From Minisyncoccia bacterium (GTDB taxonomy: Bacteria; Patescibacteriota; Minisyncoccia; Phycocordibacterales; UBA918), in NCBI GenBank assembly GCA_041742075.1, contig JBGSJJ010000016.1, positions 83,128 through 147,127 on the forward strand: DNA of 64,000 nt. Reading direction: 5' to 3'. Below are positions 17,650-28,222 of this stretch, one piece after another. Each line of letters opens with the position of its first letter. The first letter of the stretch is position 1. Both the position numbers and the translations under genes were made by a program. The notes under the pieces are model-generated. The model was not told where the DNA came from. It ran no database searches and saw only the letters and a list, made by a program, of their open reading frames with translations.

Positions 17650-19224
17650 TTAGTATTGGTATTTATCTCTTAGTGCACTCTGTTCTGGTGTGGCGGTGGT
17701 ATCGACAAAACCACTGCTATTTTTGGCAGCCTCGTATTTCAACAAGAAAGCGTTGACCTTATCTACTTCAGCTTGAATCTGTTCAGGGCTCAGACGTTGT
17801 GCATCAAGAGATGATGCGGTCGAAGTCATGAGCTCGACGTCACGGTTGGACATCTGTGGACCGAAGAACTTTTTGATATTCGGATCTGTTACTAAAGTGA
17901 GAAGGTTTGATTTGACGGTATCAACATAAGCTTGAAGTTGTCTAAATGAAGAATCGCCGATAAAGGTGTCACCAAGAGTTCTACTGATTGCGCTAGGACC
18001 GGCAGCGCTTTTGAGTTTCTGCACATTTTCGAGTGCACTTTTGAGCGTACCGATTTGGTAAATCGAGTCTTGTGTAGATGTTGAACTAGTGAGTGCTGTG
18101 ATGACAGCATTCTTGAGGTTTGCGGGCACGTTTGCGATTGTGGCTTTTCCTGCATTGATCTGACTTACCCATGAATCAACAACAGGATCGGAAGCTGTGC
18201 CAGATCCACCGGTTGGTGCGTATGTCTTTGCCTTGGAAGCGATGACTGTTGTTTTGCCAGTGACAGGATCGTAAACGTAGCGTGCCTGACCTTCACCAAG
18301 ATCGAATTGATTGATTTCTGATTTTGTTTTTTCAGTATCAACTTTCTTTTTTTCAAGATCAGCTGCCGATTTAGCAGCCTCTTGATCTGCTGCAACTTTT
18401 TGAGCTTTAACATCAGAGAATATTGATATGAGCTGGTCTTTGCTGAAGCCATATTGATCTTGAATCTTCTCAAAGTCTGCATCACTGATTTCTTTCGGAT
18501 CAACTCCAAGAGCGAGCATGTTTTTAAGGAATGAAGTGATTTGATCTTTCTTTCTCTGACCCTGAGTTTCAAGGAATTGGAAATACTTATCAGCACCCTG
18601 CTGAATCGCAACACGCTTAGCTTCAATTTCGGCAGTAGCATCTCTAGTTGCCGCACCAAGAAGAGATGAGATCTTTACATTCGCTTCACTTCGATATGTT
18701 TGCTCCTCTTGATTGTTATAATTTTCTGTTGTCTGAAACTCTGATTCTCCTGTAGCACTTCCAATTCGGCCACCGGCTGCTGCGAGTGCGTACGATTGGC
18801 CTTGGCGATTCTTGCCTGTAGTATTCCTGAAGTTTGCAATTTGATCGCTCACAGCGGCGTTTATGGCGTCAATTTGCCCTTGAATACGTGCTCTTGTAGC
18901 TGATCTTATAGCTTCCTCGTTTACAGTGTCGGTTGCTTGGTTCTTGTAGGTTTTCCCTATTTGTGTCGTTGTAGAATCTTCCACATAGCTTGGGACTGTA
19001 ACTTTTGCTACCTGAGCTATGGTCTGTTTTGTGTTGTTTGTTGTAGGAGCTGGTGTCTGTGCAGGTGCAGGAGTTGAATTTCCTAACGACAAAGAACGCC
19101 CAGCATATATTTTGTTGGGATCTGTAACTGAGGGATTCAAAGTCATGAGCTCTTGCATGCTTTTCCCTGTCTTTGATGCGATTCCACTTAAGGTATCGCC
19201 GTACTGTATCGTGTAGGAAGACAT
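17650..19224 (-). CDS. LysM-domain protein (peptidoglycan-binding virion or ejection protein candidate)
   Basis: N-terminal YTIQYGDTLSGIASKTGKSMQELMTLNP LysM motif. Confidence 0.55.
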   Translation of the reverse strand: MSSYTIQYGDTLSGIASKTGKSMQELMTLNPSVTDPNKIYAGRSLSLGNSTPAPAQTPAPTTNNTKQTIAQVAKVTVPSYVEDSTTTQIGKTYKNQATDTVNEEAIRSATRARIQGQIDAINAAVSDQIANFRNTTGKNRQGQSYALAAAGGRIGSATGESEFQTTENYNNQEEQTYRSEANVKISSLLGAATRDATAEIEAKRVAIQQGADKYFQFLETQGQRKKDQITSFLKNMLALGVDPKEISDADFEKIQDQYGFSKDQLISIFSDVKAQKVAADQEAAKSAADLEKKKVDTEKTKSEINQFDLGEGQARYVYDPVTGKTTVIASKAKTYAPTGGSGTASDPVVDSWVSQINAGKATIANVPANLKNAVITALTSSTSTQDSIYQIGTLKSALENVQKLKSAAGPSAISRTLGDTFIGDSSFRQLQAYVDTVKSNLLTLVTDPNIKKFFGPQMSNRDVELMTSTASSLDAQRLSPEQIQAEVDKVNAFLLKYEAAKNSSGFVDTTATPEQSALRDKYQY

Positions 19225-19230
19225 GTGTTT

Positions 19231-21327
19231 TTATTCGATCGATGTTACGAGATTAGGCATCATGAAGAACAGGTCGACCGCTCCTGGATTCTTTATTTTG
19301 AGTGCCGCCTCAAATCGATAGAGCGGAAGCCGGACGATTACACCCTCAATGGCTCCGGGGATAGTCTTGTTGTAGGTACCGACTAATTCATCATCAAGAT
19401 AAACTTCAAAGCTGAATGGCTTGTCAGTCCATGCAACAATTCCGCCATTAACATTGTTGTCGGTCGCTATAAATACCCATCCATTTGTCGTAATCGCCGG
19501 ATCAGCGGCACGCTGGATGTTGTTAGTCTCAGCACTCTTTTGCATGAAGTTTGTCTGATAGGTACCGTCATCCCAGATGCTGTGGGTATACGGGATATCA
19601 TTGATAGTCATCTGATTGTTCACGAGATCAAATGTCAGCTTTGCCACACGGTTCTGTGGCTTGTTCCACCACATCCAATTATTCGCATCCAGCTTCTTGA
19701 GGTAGTTAATGTTTGAATCGAATACGCCGTTTCTCATCTCAAGTGTGTGAGAGATAGATGTTGTATTTACCGATACGGTAAGCATGATGAATCTCGATCG
19801 GTCACGTCCTCGATATGGATGCAACTGTCCCCATGGGTGGTAATAGACAAACTTATCCGTTGCCACTTGTACCAAATTGGTGGCTCTATAACCACCGTTT
19901 CCATCGTATCCGATTATGATTGATGCCTGAATTGTTGGTGTTGTACCTGTTACTGTGATTACGGAAGACTTCATACGTGATACTGAAGTGTCCCAGAAGA
20001 TGAGCTGTGCTTTATCAGTGCCGTTTTGCACAATTTGCGGAAAGGTAGAGGTTGCCTGGTTCACTACTGATCCGTATGAGGGAACAGTTCCTGAAAGCGT
20101 CACAACATAAATCGATAAGGTGGTCCCGGTGTAAACCGCAAGAAGAGCCTTATCGGTATCAAGTTTGCAGAGTTTTTTCCATGTGAAGTTTGTTGCGGCA
20201 ACTTGCACTGGAGTGTTCACTGATGCAACAGTGCCTGATACCGTGATCGTGGCGGTGTGAGTGAAGGTACTTGCTCCATGTCCGAATGTGCAGAGAATTT
20301 TGTTTGTGTTTACAAGGACCGCATCAAAGTTGGAATCATACTGATCGAGCGTTGTAATGATGGCAGGAGTTCCCCACGTGATAGTTCCATTTGTTGCAAG
20401 TTGTCCAATGATGACATAGATACCTGCCGTTCCTGCCTGTTGTCGATAGAAAAGTGCAAACCGATCATCTCCCATTTCCACAGTCAGGAATGTAATGTTG
20501 TTTGTGCTTTCTGCAAACGGAGATGAGATGGCGGACTGCCACTCGGGTCGCTTAATGAACGATTTAACATTCAACACATCGATTCGCTTAACAAGTCGAT
20601 CTAAATTATTTGGCATGAAAATCTTTCGGGTCGCTCCGGCGAGGAGCTTGTACTCCTTCATCGGGAAATTCATGACAGCGTGTCTATGCTGCCACAAGCG
20701 ATCATTCGAAGCGTCTTCTTCTCCAGCTCCGTGATAGTACATTTCTCGAACGTTGTACTGTTGAGCGGAGTTGTTATTTACACCTGCGTAGTAATGAGGA
20801 TGTATCATTGAGTCGGCATCGGACTCATCTACACCCACTACTGTGGTTCCTAGAGTTGCCGCATCCCACTGATTTCCTGCTCCGGCAAGTGCTTCACCAA
20901 GCACGATTGAGTTGCCCGCTATACCACCCACCTTTGCAATAGCAATGAGTGTATTTGTTAGTGAACCTACTTTTGCATATGCAGTCGGATGCAGGGTTGT
21001 CTGTGTTGTGTATTGAGAGTTTGGAGTTCCTTCAAGATTAATTGCCACAGCTAGATTCGCAATCGACTCTTCTTTAGTTGCACCAATCTTCACCTGTCCA
21101 TCGACACCAGTGAGCGTATTCACGAAGACGTACGTTTTGGAATCAATGAGCACGGTTTCGCCGTTCACCACATTAAGTGCAAGAGTGAGAGTTCCTCTGG
21201 CTTTTACGGCTGGATACCTCATTTGCCCCAGACGATTAACTTCCATCATCATTACTTGAGGGAATAGCCATTGCCCTTTTGGAGAGACTGACTGAGGTTT
21301 CTTGTCTGTGAATAGTGTTACGCTCAT
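19231..21327 (-). CDS. Phage structural protein (tail or ejection candidate), 698 aa
   Basis: Position in late operon; no motif recognised. Confidence 0.3.
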   Translation of the reverse strand: MSVTLFTDKKPQSVSPKGQWLFPQVMMMEVNRLGQMRYPAVKARGTLTLALNVVNGETVLIDSKTYVFVNTLTGVDGQVKIGATKEESIANLAVAINLEGTPNSQYTTQTTLHPTAYAKVGSLTNTLIAIAKVGGIAGNSIVLGEALAGAGNQWDAATLGTTVVGVDESDADSMIHPHYYAGVNNNSAQQYNVREMYYHGAGEEDASNDRLWQHRHAVMNFPMKEYKLLAGATRKIFMPNNLDRLVKRIDVLNVKSFIKRPEWQSAISSPFAESTNNITFLTVEMGDDRFALFYRQQAGTAGIYVIIGQLATNGTITWGTPAIITTLDQYDSNFDAVLVNTNKILCTFGHGASTFTHTATITVSGTVASVNTPVQVAATNFTWKKLCKLDTDKALLAVYTGTTLSIYVVTLSGTVPSYGSVVNQATSTFPQIVQNGTDKAQLIFWDTSVSRMKSSVITVTGTTPTIQASIIIGYDGNGGYRATNLVQVATDKFVYYHPWGQLHPYRGRDRSRFIMLTVSVNTTSISHTLEMRNGVFDSNINYLKKLDANNWMWWNKPQNRVAKLTFDLVNNQMTINDIPYTHSIWDDGTYQTNFMQKSAETNNIQRAADPAITTNGWVFIATDNNVNGGIVAWTDKPFSFEVYLDDELVGTYNKTIPGAIEGVIVRLPLYRFEAALKIKNPGAVDLFFMMPNLVTSIE

Positions 21328-21338
21328 AAATTTATTTT

Positions 21339-22115
21339 TTAATTTGTTACTTTGCTAATAAGTCGGCCATCGACAGTGGTTATTTTTGATCTCGAAATGC
21401 CATCGTAGAAAGCATACAGATAGCCATTCAGGTCGTATTGCATGACATACGTTTTTCCATTCACGTTGTCATGAATGGACCGAACAGTTCCATCTTCATT
21501 TCTGACCACATCTACGTTCTCGAACCCTGCAGAAATTCCCACAAGAGCTGCGGCCATAAGCTGCGACAATGTGACTGGCTGATTTGCTGATACAGCACTT
21601 GGAATTGTCGGAGACAGAGCGAAAGAATTCTGTCCGGTAAAGACATTGTTTGCATCGAGTTCTGCCTTATTTGCTAGAGATGTGTCGATGTACTCTTTAT
21701 CGGGAATATGATGTGGATCGGTGAGAGCGGGAGCGGAATCGTATTTAAGAGGTTTTGATCCATCAAACACCTCGTCACCGTTCAACATGTCGACGATGAT
21801 CTTGAGATTCACGAAATCGGTCAGGTAACATTTTGATCCCGCTCGATGACCATTTAAGTTTTGTACCCCTACCACCTGTGCACCTTGGCGAGATACACTA
21901 ACAATGTTGGACATCGCATTTCCTGTAAGATCGAACAAAAGATGTTCTTCATCTCCAGTTCCTCGGTCAACAATCATGCAGTATTTCGCATTGGGTAGGA
22001 CCACTCCGTTCTTATCGGTTATGCTGGTCAGAGCACCTGCAATAGCACCGTTCCCGAGCTTAGTTGCAAGCGAGGTTTCGAAGTTTGCGACGACTTTGGT
22101 GAGTTTTGATACCAT
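21339..22115 (-). CDS. Phage structural protein, 258 aa (tail needle or fiber candidate by position)
   Basis: Position only. Confidence 0.25.
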   Translation of the reverse strand: MVSKLTKVVANFETSLATKLGNGAIAGALTSITDKNGVVLPNAKYCMIVDRGTGDEEHLLFDLTGNAMSNIVSVSRQGAQVVGVQNLNGHRAGSKCYLTDFVNLKIIVDMLNGDEVFDGSKPLKYDSAPALTDPHHIPDKEYIDTSLANKAELDANNVFTGQNSFALSPTIPSAVSANQPVTLSQLMAAALVGISAGFENVDVVRNEDGTVRSIHDNVNGKTYVMQYDLNGYLYAFYDGISRSKITTVDGRLISKVTN

Positions 22116-22155
22116 ACCAAAAGTATGGATTCAAAAAAGTGCAAAACATGGTGCA

Positions 22156-24057
22156 TTACTGGTTCACATTCTCACCATCAAGACTGACATGCTGTTTTTG
22201 TCGATAAACCTTGGGTAATTTGTCCTCGTAAGTCAGGATATCCCAGTCAACCGACTCCATGATGCTCACATAGCCAATCCCCTTTGCTATGAATCTGATA
22301 CTTCTCCGTCTGAATTTGGGTATCTTCATTGCTTTAATATGCATTTCAAACGGATACACTTTTGCCTCTCCATCTCCACCGATTGCTGCCTCTCCGACCA
22401 TGGTCGTACCAACACTTGACGGACTTGTTCTGTTTACGTATGTCGCATCCCCACGAATTGTGCCGATAAGAACGTATCCGGCTCCATCAAAGTCGGCATA
22501 GACCTCCACGTATTGAGCAGGATCGATCTCGCCTCGATATCGAAGTCTTCGATATTTCTTCAGTCTTCGGACTCCGTAGGTTTCGTATTTGCTATCCCAG
22601 TTGTTTTGAATTACATAGCTGTCATCGTCGAATCCATTCAAAATTTTATAAACAGTTTGTGTGTGAGGACTTCCGCCATAGAGAACGCCTGAATCCTTGG
22701 CGAGTGCCTTCATTCCATAGTTTGAAATGTCGACAGTGTTTTTTACAATGTCGATGATTAATGTTAGGTCATTGACGATGCTATTTTGTGCACGACACGA
22801 GAGAACAATAAATTGTCCGTACGTTTCCATAACAGTATCGGAGTAATCAAACTGCTCCCAGGCAAAGTGAGGAATAAGTTCAGTGGCAAGGATGTCATCG
22901 CCCAGAGGGTTCTTTTCAAGGACTGTAAGTTGTGGACGATCGGGGTTTGCGGTGTTGATGAAGACCACTCCACGACCTGTGGTCACTACACTCTTTCTAG
23001 TTTGCACACCAATGTTTCGTCGGACCACTTGGTTATTGAAAGTCTTATCATCGTCAGTGTACTTATGCTGATATGCACTCTGTTTTTTAAGTGAGTAGTA
23101 GTTTCCATCAATTCCAATCACTAGCTGTTGGATTGCATCACCTCCTTCATCCTGTCGAATGACATCTCCTTCACCAGCAAGACGGGATGCGCTGTAGGTA
23201 AAATCGGCAACACCTTTGCTCGTGCTGTTTTCCCAGACATATGTTGCTTGAATATTGTTTGCTGAGGCTGAAGGTATTGTTACGAAGGTTACGCTCCATG
23301 CACCTGTGATGTAATTGATTGTGCCGACACCACCTACAGTTCCTTTAAGTCCCCCATTTTTATCGTCAGTAAATATTTCGCCACCCACGTCGGTACATTT
23401 GATAGTCACGAGTCCACAGTTTCTTTTTGGTTGACCAGACTTGAACAACAGCACACCTAAGAATGTTGTCTGTGATCCGTTTCCACTTGCAGCATTCTCA
23501 TTGGATATCTGTGTGAAGCTCGTACCGGCACGTTGTACATCAATATAGCTTCGGTAAAGTGCCGTTGTATCTTTTGCTATGCCCCAGAGATACATTCTCG
23601 CCTTGTCTATGAGCGGGAATCCACAGAAGAAGTCAGTGGTCGTATAAAGTTGGATATGGTCATTCGGATTAGCGTTTGCAAATTTGAAAAGCCCACCTGG
23701 ACCACCCGCAAACGTCCACGCACCAGTGAGCGAGCTATAATTGGTAAAAATATAAAGATCGTTTGGATTTAACCCTGTGACTACACTTATCCATGTGATC
23801 CCATTGAAGTATTGAATTGCTGTCGCCACCTTTCTCCAAAGAATAGCTGAACCGTTTGCCTTATATCCGATGTGTATTGCAGGACACGCACCAGCAGAAC
23901 CCTCATCTCCCACTGTCACTTTTCCCCGAGCGAGTTCTATACGCCCATCGATAGTTATCCAATTTAAAGACTCCTTGGCACTATCTTTAGGAGTGTCCTC
24001 GTTATCTTCTCGGTTATGCACTCCTGAAGCAAATTTTTTGATCTCATGGTTTGCCAT
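22156..24057 (-). CDS. Phage structural protein, 633 aa (tail hub or receptor-binding candidate)
   Basis: Position only. Confidence 0.3.
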   Translation of the reverse strand: MANHEIKKFASGVHNREDNEDTPKDSAKESLNWITIDGRIELARGKVTVGDEGSAGACPAIHIGYKANGSAILWRKVATAIQYFNGITWISVVTGLNPNDLYIFTNYSSLTGAWTFAGGPGGLFKFANANPNDHIQLYTTTDFFCGFPLIDKARMYLWGIAKDTTALYRSYIDVQRAGTSFTQISNENAASGNGSQTTFLGVLLFKSGQPKRNCGLVTIKCTDVGGEIFTDDKNGGLKGTVGGVGTINYITGAWSVTFVTIPSASANNIQATYVWENSTSKGVADFTYSASRLAGEGDVIRQDEGGDAIQQLVIGIDGNYYSLKKQSAYQHKYTDDDKTFNNQVVRRNIGVQTRKSVVTTGRGVVFINTANPDRPQLTVLEKNPLGDDILATELIPHFAWEQFDYSDTVMETYGQFIVLSCRAQNSIVNDLTLIIDIVKNTVDISNYGMKALAKDSGVLYGGSPHTQTVYKILNGFDDDSYVIQNNWDSKYETYGVRRLKKYRRLRYRGEIDPAQYVEVYADFDGAGYVLIGTIRGDATYVNRTSPSSVGTTMVGEAAIGGDGEAKVYPFEMHIKAMKIPKFRRRSIRFIAKGIGYVSIMESVDWDILTYEDKLPKVYRQKQHVSLDGENVNQ

Positions 24058-24060
24058 AAA

Positions 24061-24690
24061 TTATGCGAGTTTAAAGCGAGCATCTCGCAGTTTAAGATTT
24101 TTAAGGTAACGTTGGTATTGCACAGCGTTATCCTGCATATTGCTTCTGGCCTTTTCGCATTTCTTGATAATGTCCTCATCAATAAGCATTGAGAAAACAA
24201 TCATTGGATGGTATTCAGGTGGAAGCTTTGGAGACGTTGCAACAGTGATGTCATCAGGACTTGTTTTGTAGTCGTATTCGTATGCAGCACCCACGCCTGG
24301 ACTCTGTGCAAAGTTTATCTTTCCGTCTGAGAGATCAATCCAACACACATTGCTGAAGCTGCTCGCATTTCTTTGTCCCATTGGAACTACCAGATACGGT
24401 GCTTTCTGGCTGCCTATGTACACGACTTTCATTACTGGTTCTCCATATGCCGCATCGTCACTAAAGTTTTCAAGAAATTCATCGAAGTCGGATGAAAGAG
24501 TTATCTTTCCATCACTTTCGATTACTCCGGCTTTCTTTCGGCGTAAAAACTCCCACGGTTGTTCCATGTAAACAAGGCGCAACTTGTCGTTTGCGAGGAT
24601 AAGTTCTTCATCGCTCGACAGATCGGTTGTATCGTCTGTATAAAGCTCGAAGCGGTCTATGATTTGTTGTCCTGTAAGTGGTGTTGCCAT
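24061..24690 (-). CDS. Phage head-tail adaptor candidate, 209 aa
   Basis: Position immediately after capsid gene. Confidence 0.25.
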   Translation of the reverse strand: MATPLTGQQIIDRFELYTDDTTDLSSDEELILANDKLRLVYMEQPWEFLRRKKAGVIESDGKITLSSDFDEFLENFSDDAAYGEPVMKVVYIGSQKAPYLVVPMGQRNASSFSNVCWIDLSDGKINFAQSPGVGAAYEYDYKTSPDDITVATSPKLPPEYHPMIVFSMLIDEDIIKKCEKARSNMQDNAVQYQRYLKNLKLRDARFKLA

Positions 24691-24774
24691 AATTGTTTTT
24701 AATTCTCACTGCCAGAGACAAAGCTAAGTTTGACCCTGGCACTGAGCCCGAGCGTACTCGGGACAGTGTGTCTG

Positions 24775-25977
24775 TTAAGACTGGAGAAGAACGTCGAGGA
24801 ACTGTGGCTTTCCGTCTGCGAAGGTAAAGATTCCGTAGATTGCATCTGCACGGATGATCTTTGCTCGCTGGTACGGGTCATCAACCATTTCCATCTCGGC
24901 AAGGTCTTGGATGACCACGTCGATCGCACCCTTCTTACCGTAGTAAGCGTGTACGAGGTTCTTGGTAACTGTGTATGTGGCGTTTCCACCGAATACAAGT
25001 CGTCCTGAACCAGTTCCGGTAATGGTGATAGTGTCCGCACCATCGTTATCGACCGCAGCAAGCTGCAAGTCGACCCAGTTTGACTGGTCGTAGTTTGGAT
25101 CGACATCTGTCCAAGCGACATACTTAACTCCTGCGGTACCAGTTGTCTGGTGAATCGCATCGATGAGGTTATCTCGAGTGGCATCAACTCCTGCTTCGAT
25201 AAGCACGTTGCCTGGTGTAGTTCCGATTGCGGCTACAAAGGTGTACACGTATCCGTTGACAGAGAATGTCTGAGCAGCGGTTGGGTTGGCTGACATCGTG
25301 ATGATCGCTTCAGCAAGAAGGTTCTCAGAGAGATAAAGCTCTGCACCACCTACTGGACCTGCATAACCGTTTTTAAATGCGGCTGCTGCAAGGTCAATAT
25401 TCTTCGACATAACGTACTGTTCGATCACTGATCCACCGTAACTGTCGAGGACAAGCGCAAGACTTGTGAGGTCTTGGTTTGCCTTTCGGAGTTTCGCACG
25501 TCCCTGAGCCAATAGCTGAGGAATGTTTGAAGTGGAAAGAGTGATGGCTGTTCCGTTCGACGTCATTGTGGTGAGGTCGCCGGTGTCGAATGTCTGCTGA
25601 GCTTTCTTCACTTCAGCAAACACATCGGCATCGATGTATCGAGACAGCTTCTTTGCTACCTCAGCACCGATTGTCTCTGCCGGATTCAGTGGGCCTGACT
25701 GAATCATTTCTTTCTTCGAGACACGGAAGTCCGCACCCTTGTTCTTGTTGACCAAGAGAGTCTCACCAGAGTCATTGAGCTGGTCAATGGTTCGGTTTAC
25801 ACCGATGGTGATGTTACGCACACGGATTGGTGCGAGAGAATACTTCACACGTTTTACTGATGCTCCATACTCGAGTTTCTTCTCGAGACGTGTGTTGGCG
25901 ATCTCCATAGCCACGAGCACTTTGTCGAATACCGCTTGATAGGCGTTATCGAACTGTTCTTTGAATTGTACTAACAT
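24775..25977 (-). CDS. Major capsid protein (HK97-fold candidate)
   Basis: 400 aa; follows scaffold-like gene; composition typical of coat proteins. Confidence 0.5.
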   Translation of the reverse strand: MLVQFKEQFDNAYQAVFDKVLVAMEIANTRLEKKLEYGASVKRVKYSLAPIRVRNITIGVNRTIDQLNDSGETLLVNKNKGADFRVSKKEMIQSGPLNPAETIGAEVAKKLSRYIDADVFAEVKKAQQTFDTGDLTTMTSNGTAITLSTSNIPQLLAQGRAKLRKANQDLTSLALVLDSYGGSVIEQYVMSKNIDLAAAAFKNGYAGPVGGAELYLSENLLAEAIITMSANPTAAQTFSVNGYVYTFVAAIGTTPGNVLIEAGVDATRDNLIDAIHQTTGTAGVKYVAWTDVDPNYDQSNWVDLQLAAVDNDGADTITITGTGSGRLVFGGNATYTVTKNLVHAYYGKKGAIDVVIQDLAEMEMVDDPYQRAKIIRADAIYGIFTFADGKPQFLDVLLQS

Positions 25978-26022
25978 GGTTGGATAAAAATTTAATGAAT
26001 AAATTTACCCTTCCAGAATCAA

Positions 26023-26937
26023 TTACTTTCGATGACGTGATCGGTGAGTCAATCGGTCGATAAGACCATCTTGGTACTTCTCGAATTCCTGTCCTCCTTT
26101 CTGACGAGACTGAGCGATGCGCTTGTGATCATCTTCGCTTGGAGTCTTGTAGTCTGGCTCCTTCTGATGATTGTTCCCCTGAGAGCTGTAGCCTTCCATG
26201 CCTGGTTCTGGCTGTTCAGAGTCGCCATAGAGTTCCTCGAGAATGTCTTCCATCGTGCGACCAAGGTTTTCCTCGCTCGACATGATGTATTTCTTCACGG
26301 CTTCCTTTTTGGCAACCTTGGCAAGATCTGGGTTATCAGCAATCACACGATCAAACTCTTTCGAGATTGCTCCTGTAATCTGAGCGTTAGAGATTTCTTT
26401 CGACTGCGCTTCAGTCTTTTTCTTAATGTCTTTGATATCTGTAAGGTACTCGTCTTCGAATTGCTTCTTGGACTTGGTGAGGAGGATGCTTGCAAGCTTC
26501 TGAACAAACTTCGGCTGCAATTCCCACTCTTTGGCGAGTTCGTCGAGTTCGTCTAATGCGTCATCGGCGGTTGTACCTCCTTTCTTGATCTGCTGCTGCA
26601 AATCTCGAATGGTAGGGATGACCTCGTCACGGATCATCTTTTTCATTTCACGATTCTCTTTCTTGAGGTCGACTATGAGACTTTCTTTCTCATCGCCTTC
26701 CGCAGGCTTACCTGCTTTAGAATCACTTTCAGCTCCTGCAACTTGTGCAATCGATTGACCATTTGAAGGGTTGTCTGAATCTTTCTTGCCACCCTTATCG
26801 GTTGGCTGAGATTCCCCTGTAGCTTTTCCTGACTTATCGTCAGCGGGTGCTGCTTCCTGGTTGTATGGTTTTGGCATATACGTTTTATATTTCGATGGTT
26901 TCGCCCCATCGTTGCTCGATTGTGGAACGCAGAGCAT
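26023..26937 (-). CDS. Scaffolding protein candidate (highly charged, helical)
   Basis: K/E/D-rich low-complexity sequence between portal and capsid genes; true start may be the internal MPKPYNQE. Confidence 0.45.
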   Translation of the reverse strand: MLCVPQSSNDGAKPSKYKTYMPKPYNQEAAPADDKSGKATGESQPTDKGGKKDSDNPSNGQSIAQVAGAESDSKAGKPAEGDEKESLIVDLKKENREMKKMIRDEVIPTIRDLQQQIKKGGTTADDALDELDELAKEWELQPKFVQKLASILLTKSKKQFEDEYLTDIKDIKKKTEAQSKEISNAQITGAISKEFDRVIADNPDLAKVAKKEAVKKYIMSSEENLGRTMEDILEELYGDSEQPEPGMEGYSSQGNNHQKEPDYKTPSEDDHKRIAQSRQKGGQEFEKYQDGLIDRLTHRSRHRK

Positions 26938-27098
26938 TAGCGCATTACCTTTTTATTAATAAGAGGTTGGCCCCTCTATGTAATTAGTTTGATGCCATAA
27001 GAAAGCAAAAAGTGGTGCATTACTTTTACATAAGAAAAACCACCGGCTTCCCGATGGTTTTGTCTTTAGAATTTCTTTATCTTTTCTTTATGAATTCT

Positions 27099-27491
27099 TT
27101 ATTTCGTTGCTTCGGCTGCTGCACTTGGTCGCTTTCGTGCAAGCTCGTCGAGCAAGGTATCTAAATCTTCATCAGCACCGATGAATCGTCGTAACATCTG
27201 CACTGACGCTTCAAACCTTGCGACTACGGAGATGAGCTTTCCAAGTTCAGGAGTATCGTGAAGAACAGCGAACAATTCGTTCATTGCCTTTCGTGATTCG
27301 TTTTGCAATCTTTCGATTGTGTCCTTTCCTGCTGGAGTCTTGGACCATGAGACAAGATCACTTGCTACGTCGATTGCCTGACTGATTTCTTTTACTTCGG
27401 CTTCGTCAGCTTCTTTCTGCTCTGCATTCGCTTCTTCTAAAGCGTTATGTGGACCTGTTAGATCTGGTTGTGTTTCTGGTGTTTCGCTCAT
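27099..27491 (-). CDS. Small acidic phage protein
   Basis: ORF in operon context. Confidence 0.3.
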   Translation of the reverse strand: MSETPETQPDLTGPHNALEEANAEQKEADEAEVKEISQAIDVASDLVSWSKTPAGKDTIERLQNESRKAMNELFAVLHDTPELGKLISVVARFEASVQMLRRFIGADEDLDTLLDELARKRPSAAAEATK

Positions 27492-27862
27492 AGCTTTAGT
27501 TGCTTACGGACTTCTTTGTCCTCGCTAGTAATCGTGCGCAGGATTCGCTTCGCTTCTTTCTCCTGATCCTTGAACTGTCTCGCTTTGTTTTCTTGGATCG
27601 ATAGCATGATGAGTGCGTGACGCTTCTTAGATGTCAGCTTTTTCATGAATGCTACAAGGTCAGGATTGGCTCTTCGGATATTATCTGCAAGTGCCTCTTG
27701 GAGCTTTGCATTGGCTTCCATTTCCCGTGACTGCTTACGGATCTGTTCGATGTTCCGATTAAGCTCACGCAATGAAAACTCCGCCATCTGCCCATGCTTG
27801 GTGATACGGTAGTCCCCCTTATCCTTCGCCTTCTTCTTGATTTGATAATTAAATTTCAGCAT
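27488..27862 (-). CDS. Small basic coiled-coil phage protein
   Basis: ORF in operon context. Confidence 0.3.
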   Translation of the reverse strand: MLKFNYQIKKKAKDKGDYRITKHGQMAEFSLRELNRNIEQIRKQSREMEANAKLQEALADNIRRANPDLVAFMKKLTSKKRHALIMLSIQENKARQFKDQEKEAKRILRTITSEDKEVRKQLKL

Positions 27863-28203
27863 TAGATTGTCGCTTGGCCTACGCCGTTATCTTCGTTTTG
27901 ACGCTCCTGACCTTCGTCGAGTGTCGCAGTTCCTGCTGTGTTTTCGTCTTCAGGATGATTTATCGTAGTATCACTGGAGATACTACGATCAGGGGCAGTA
28001 TTCTCGACCTGAATATCTTTTCCTTCCTGGTTAGTCTCATCGGCATCATTCTGCTTGCATCCGTTGATATCGTAGTCCTCTCGAGCTTCACGTTCAGTAT
28101 TAAATAATGGGCTTCGGTAAATTACCGATCCGTTTTCGTCGTATCGCTTCCATAGCCATTTGCCTTCAGCTTCTACGAATTTTACATTGTTTGATTCAGA
28201 CAT
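27862..28203 (-). CDS. YegP/DUF1508-like domain protein with acidic tail
   Basis: KFVEAEGKWLWKRYDENGSVIYRSPLFNTEREAREDY resembles YegP repeat. Confidence 0.35.
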   Translation of the reverse strand: MSESNNVKFVEAEGKWLWKRYDENGSVIYRSPLFNTEREAREDYDINGCKQNDADETNQEGKDIQVENTAPDRSISSDTTINHPEDENTAGTATLDEGQERQNEDNGVGQATI

Positions 28204-28222
28204 AAATTTTATTAGTTAATTA

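Noticed and set aside
24699-25187. 162-aa Ser/Thr-rich ORF overlapping the capsid gene on the same strand in another frame
   Set aside because: Wholly embedded in the well-supported capsid ORF; low-complexity composition typical of an out-of-frame artefact
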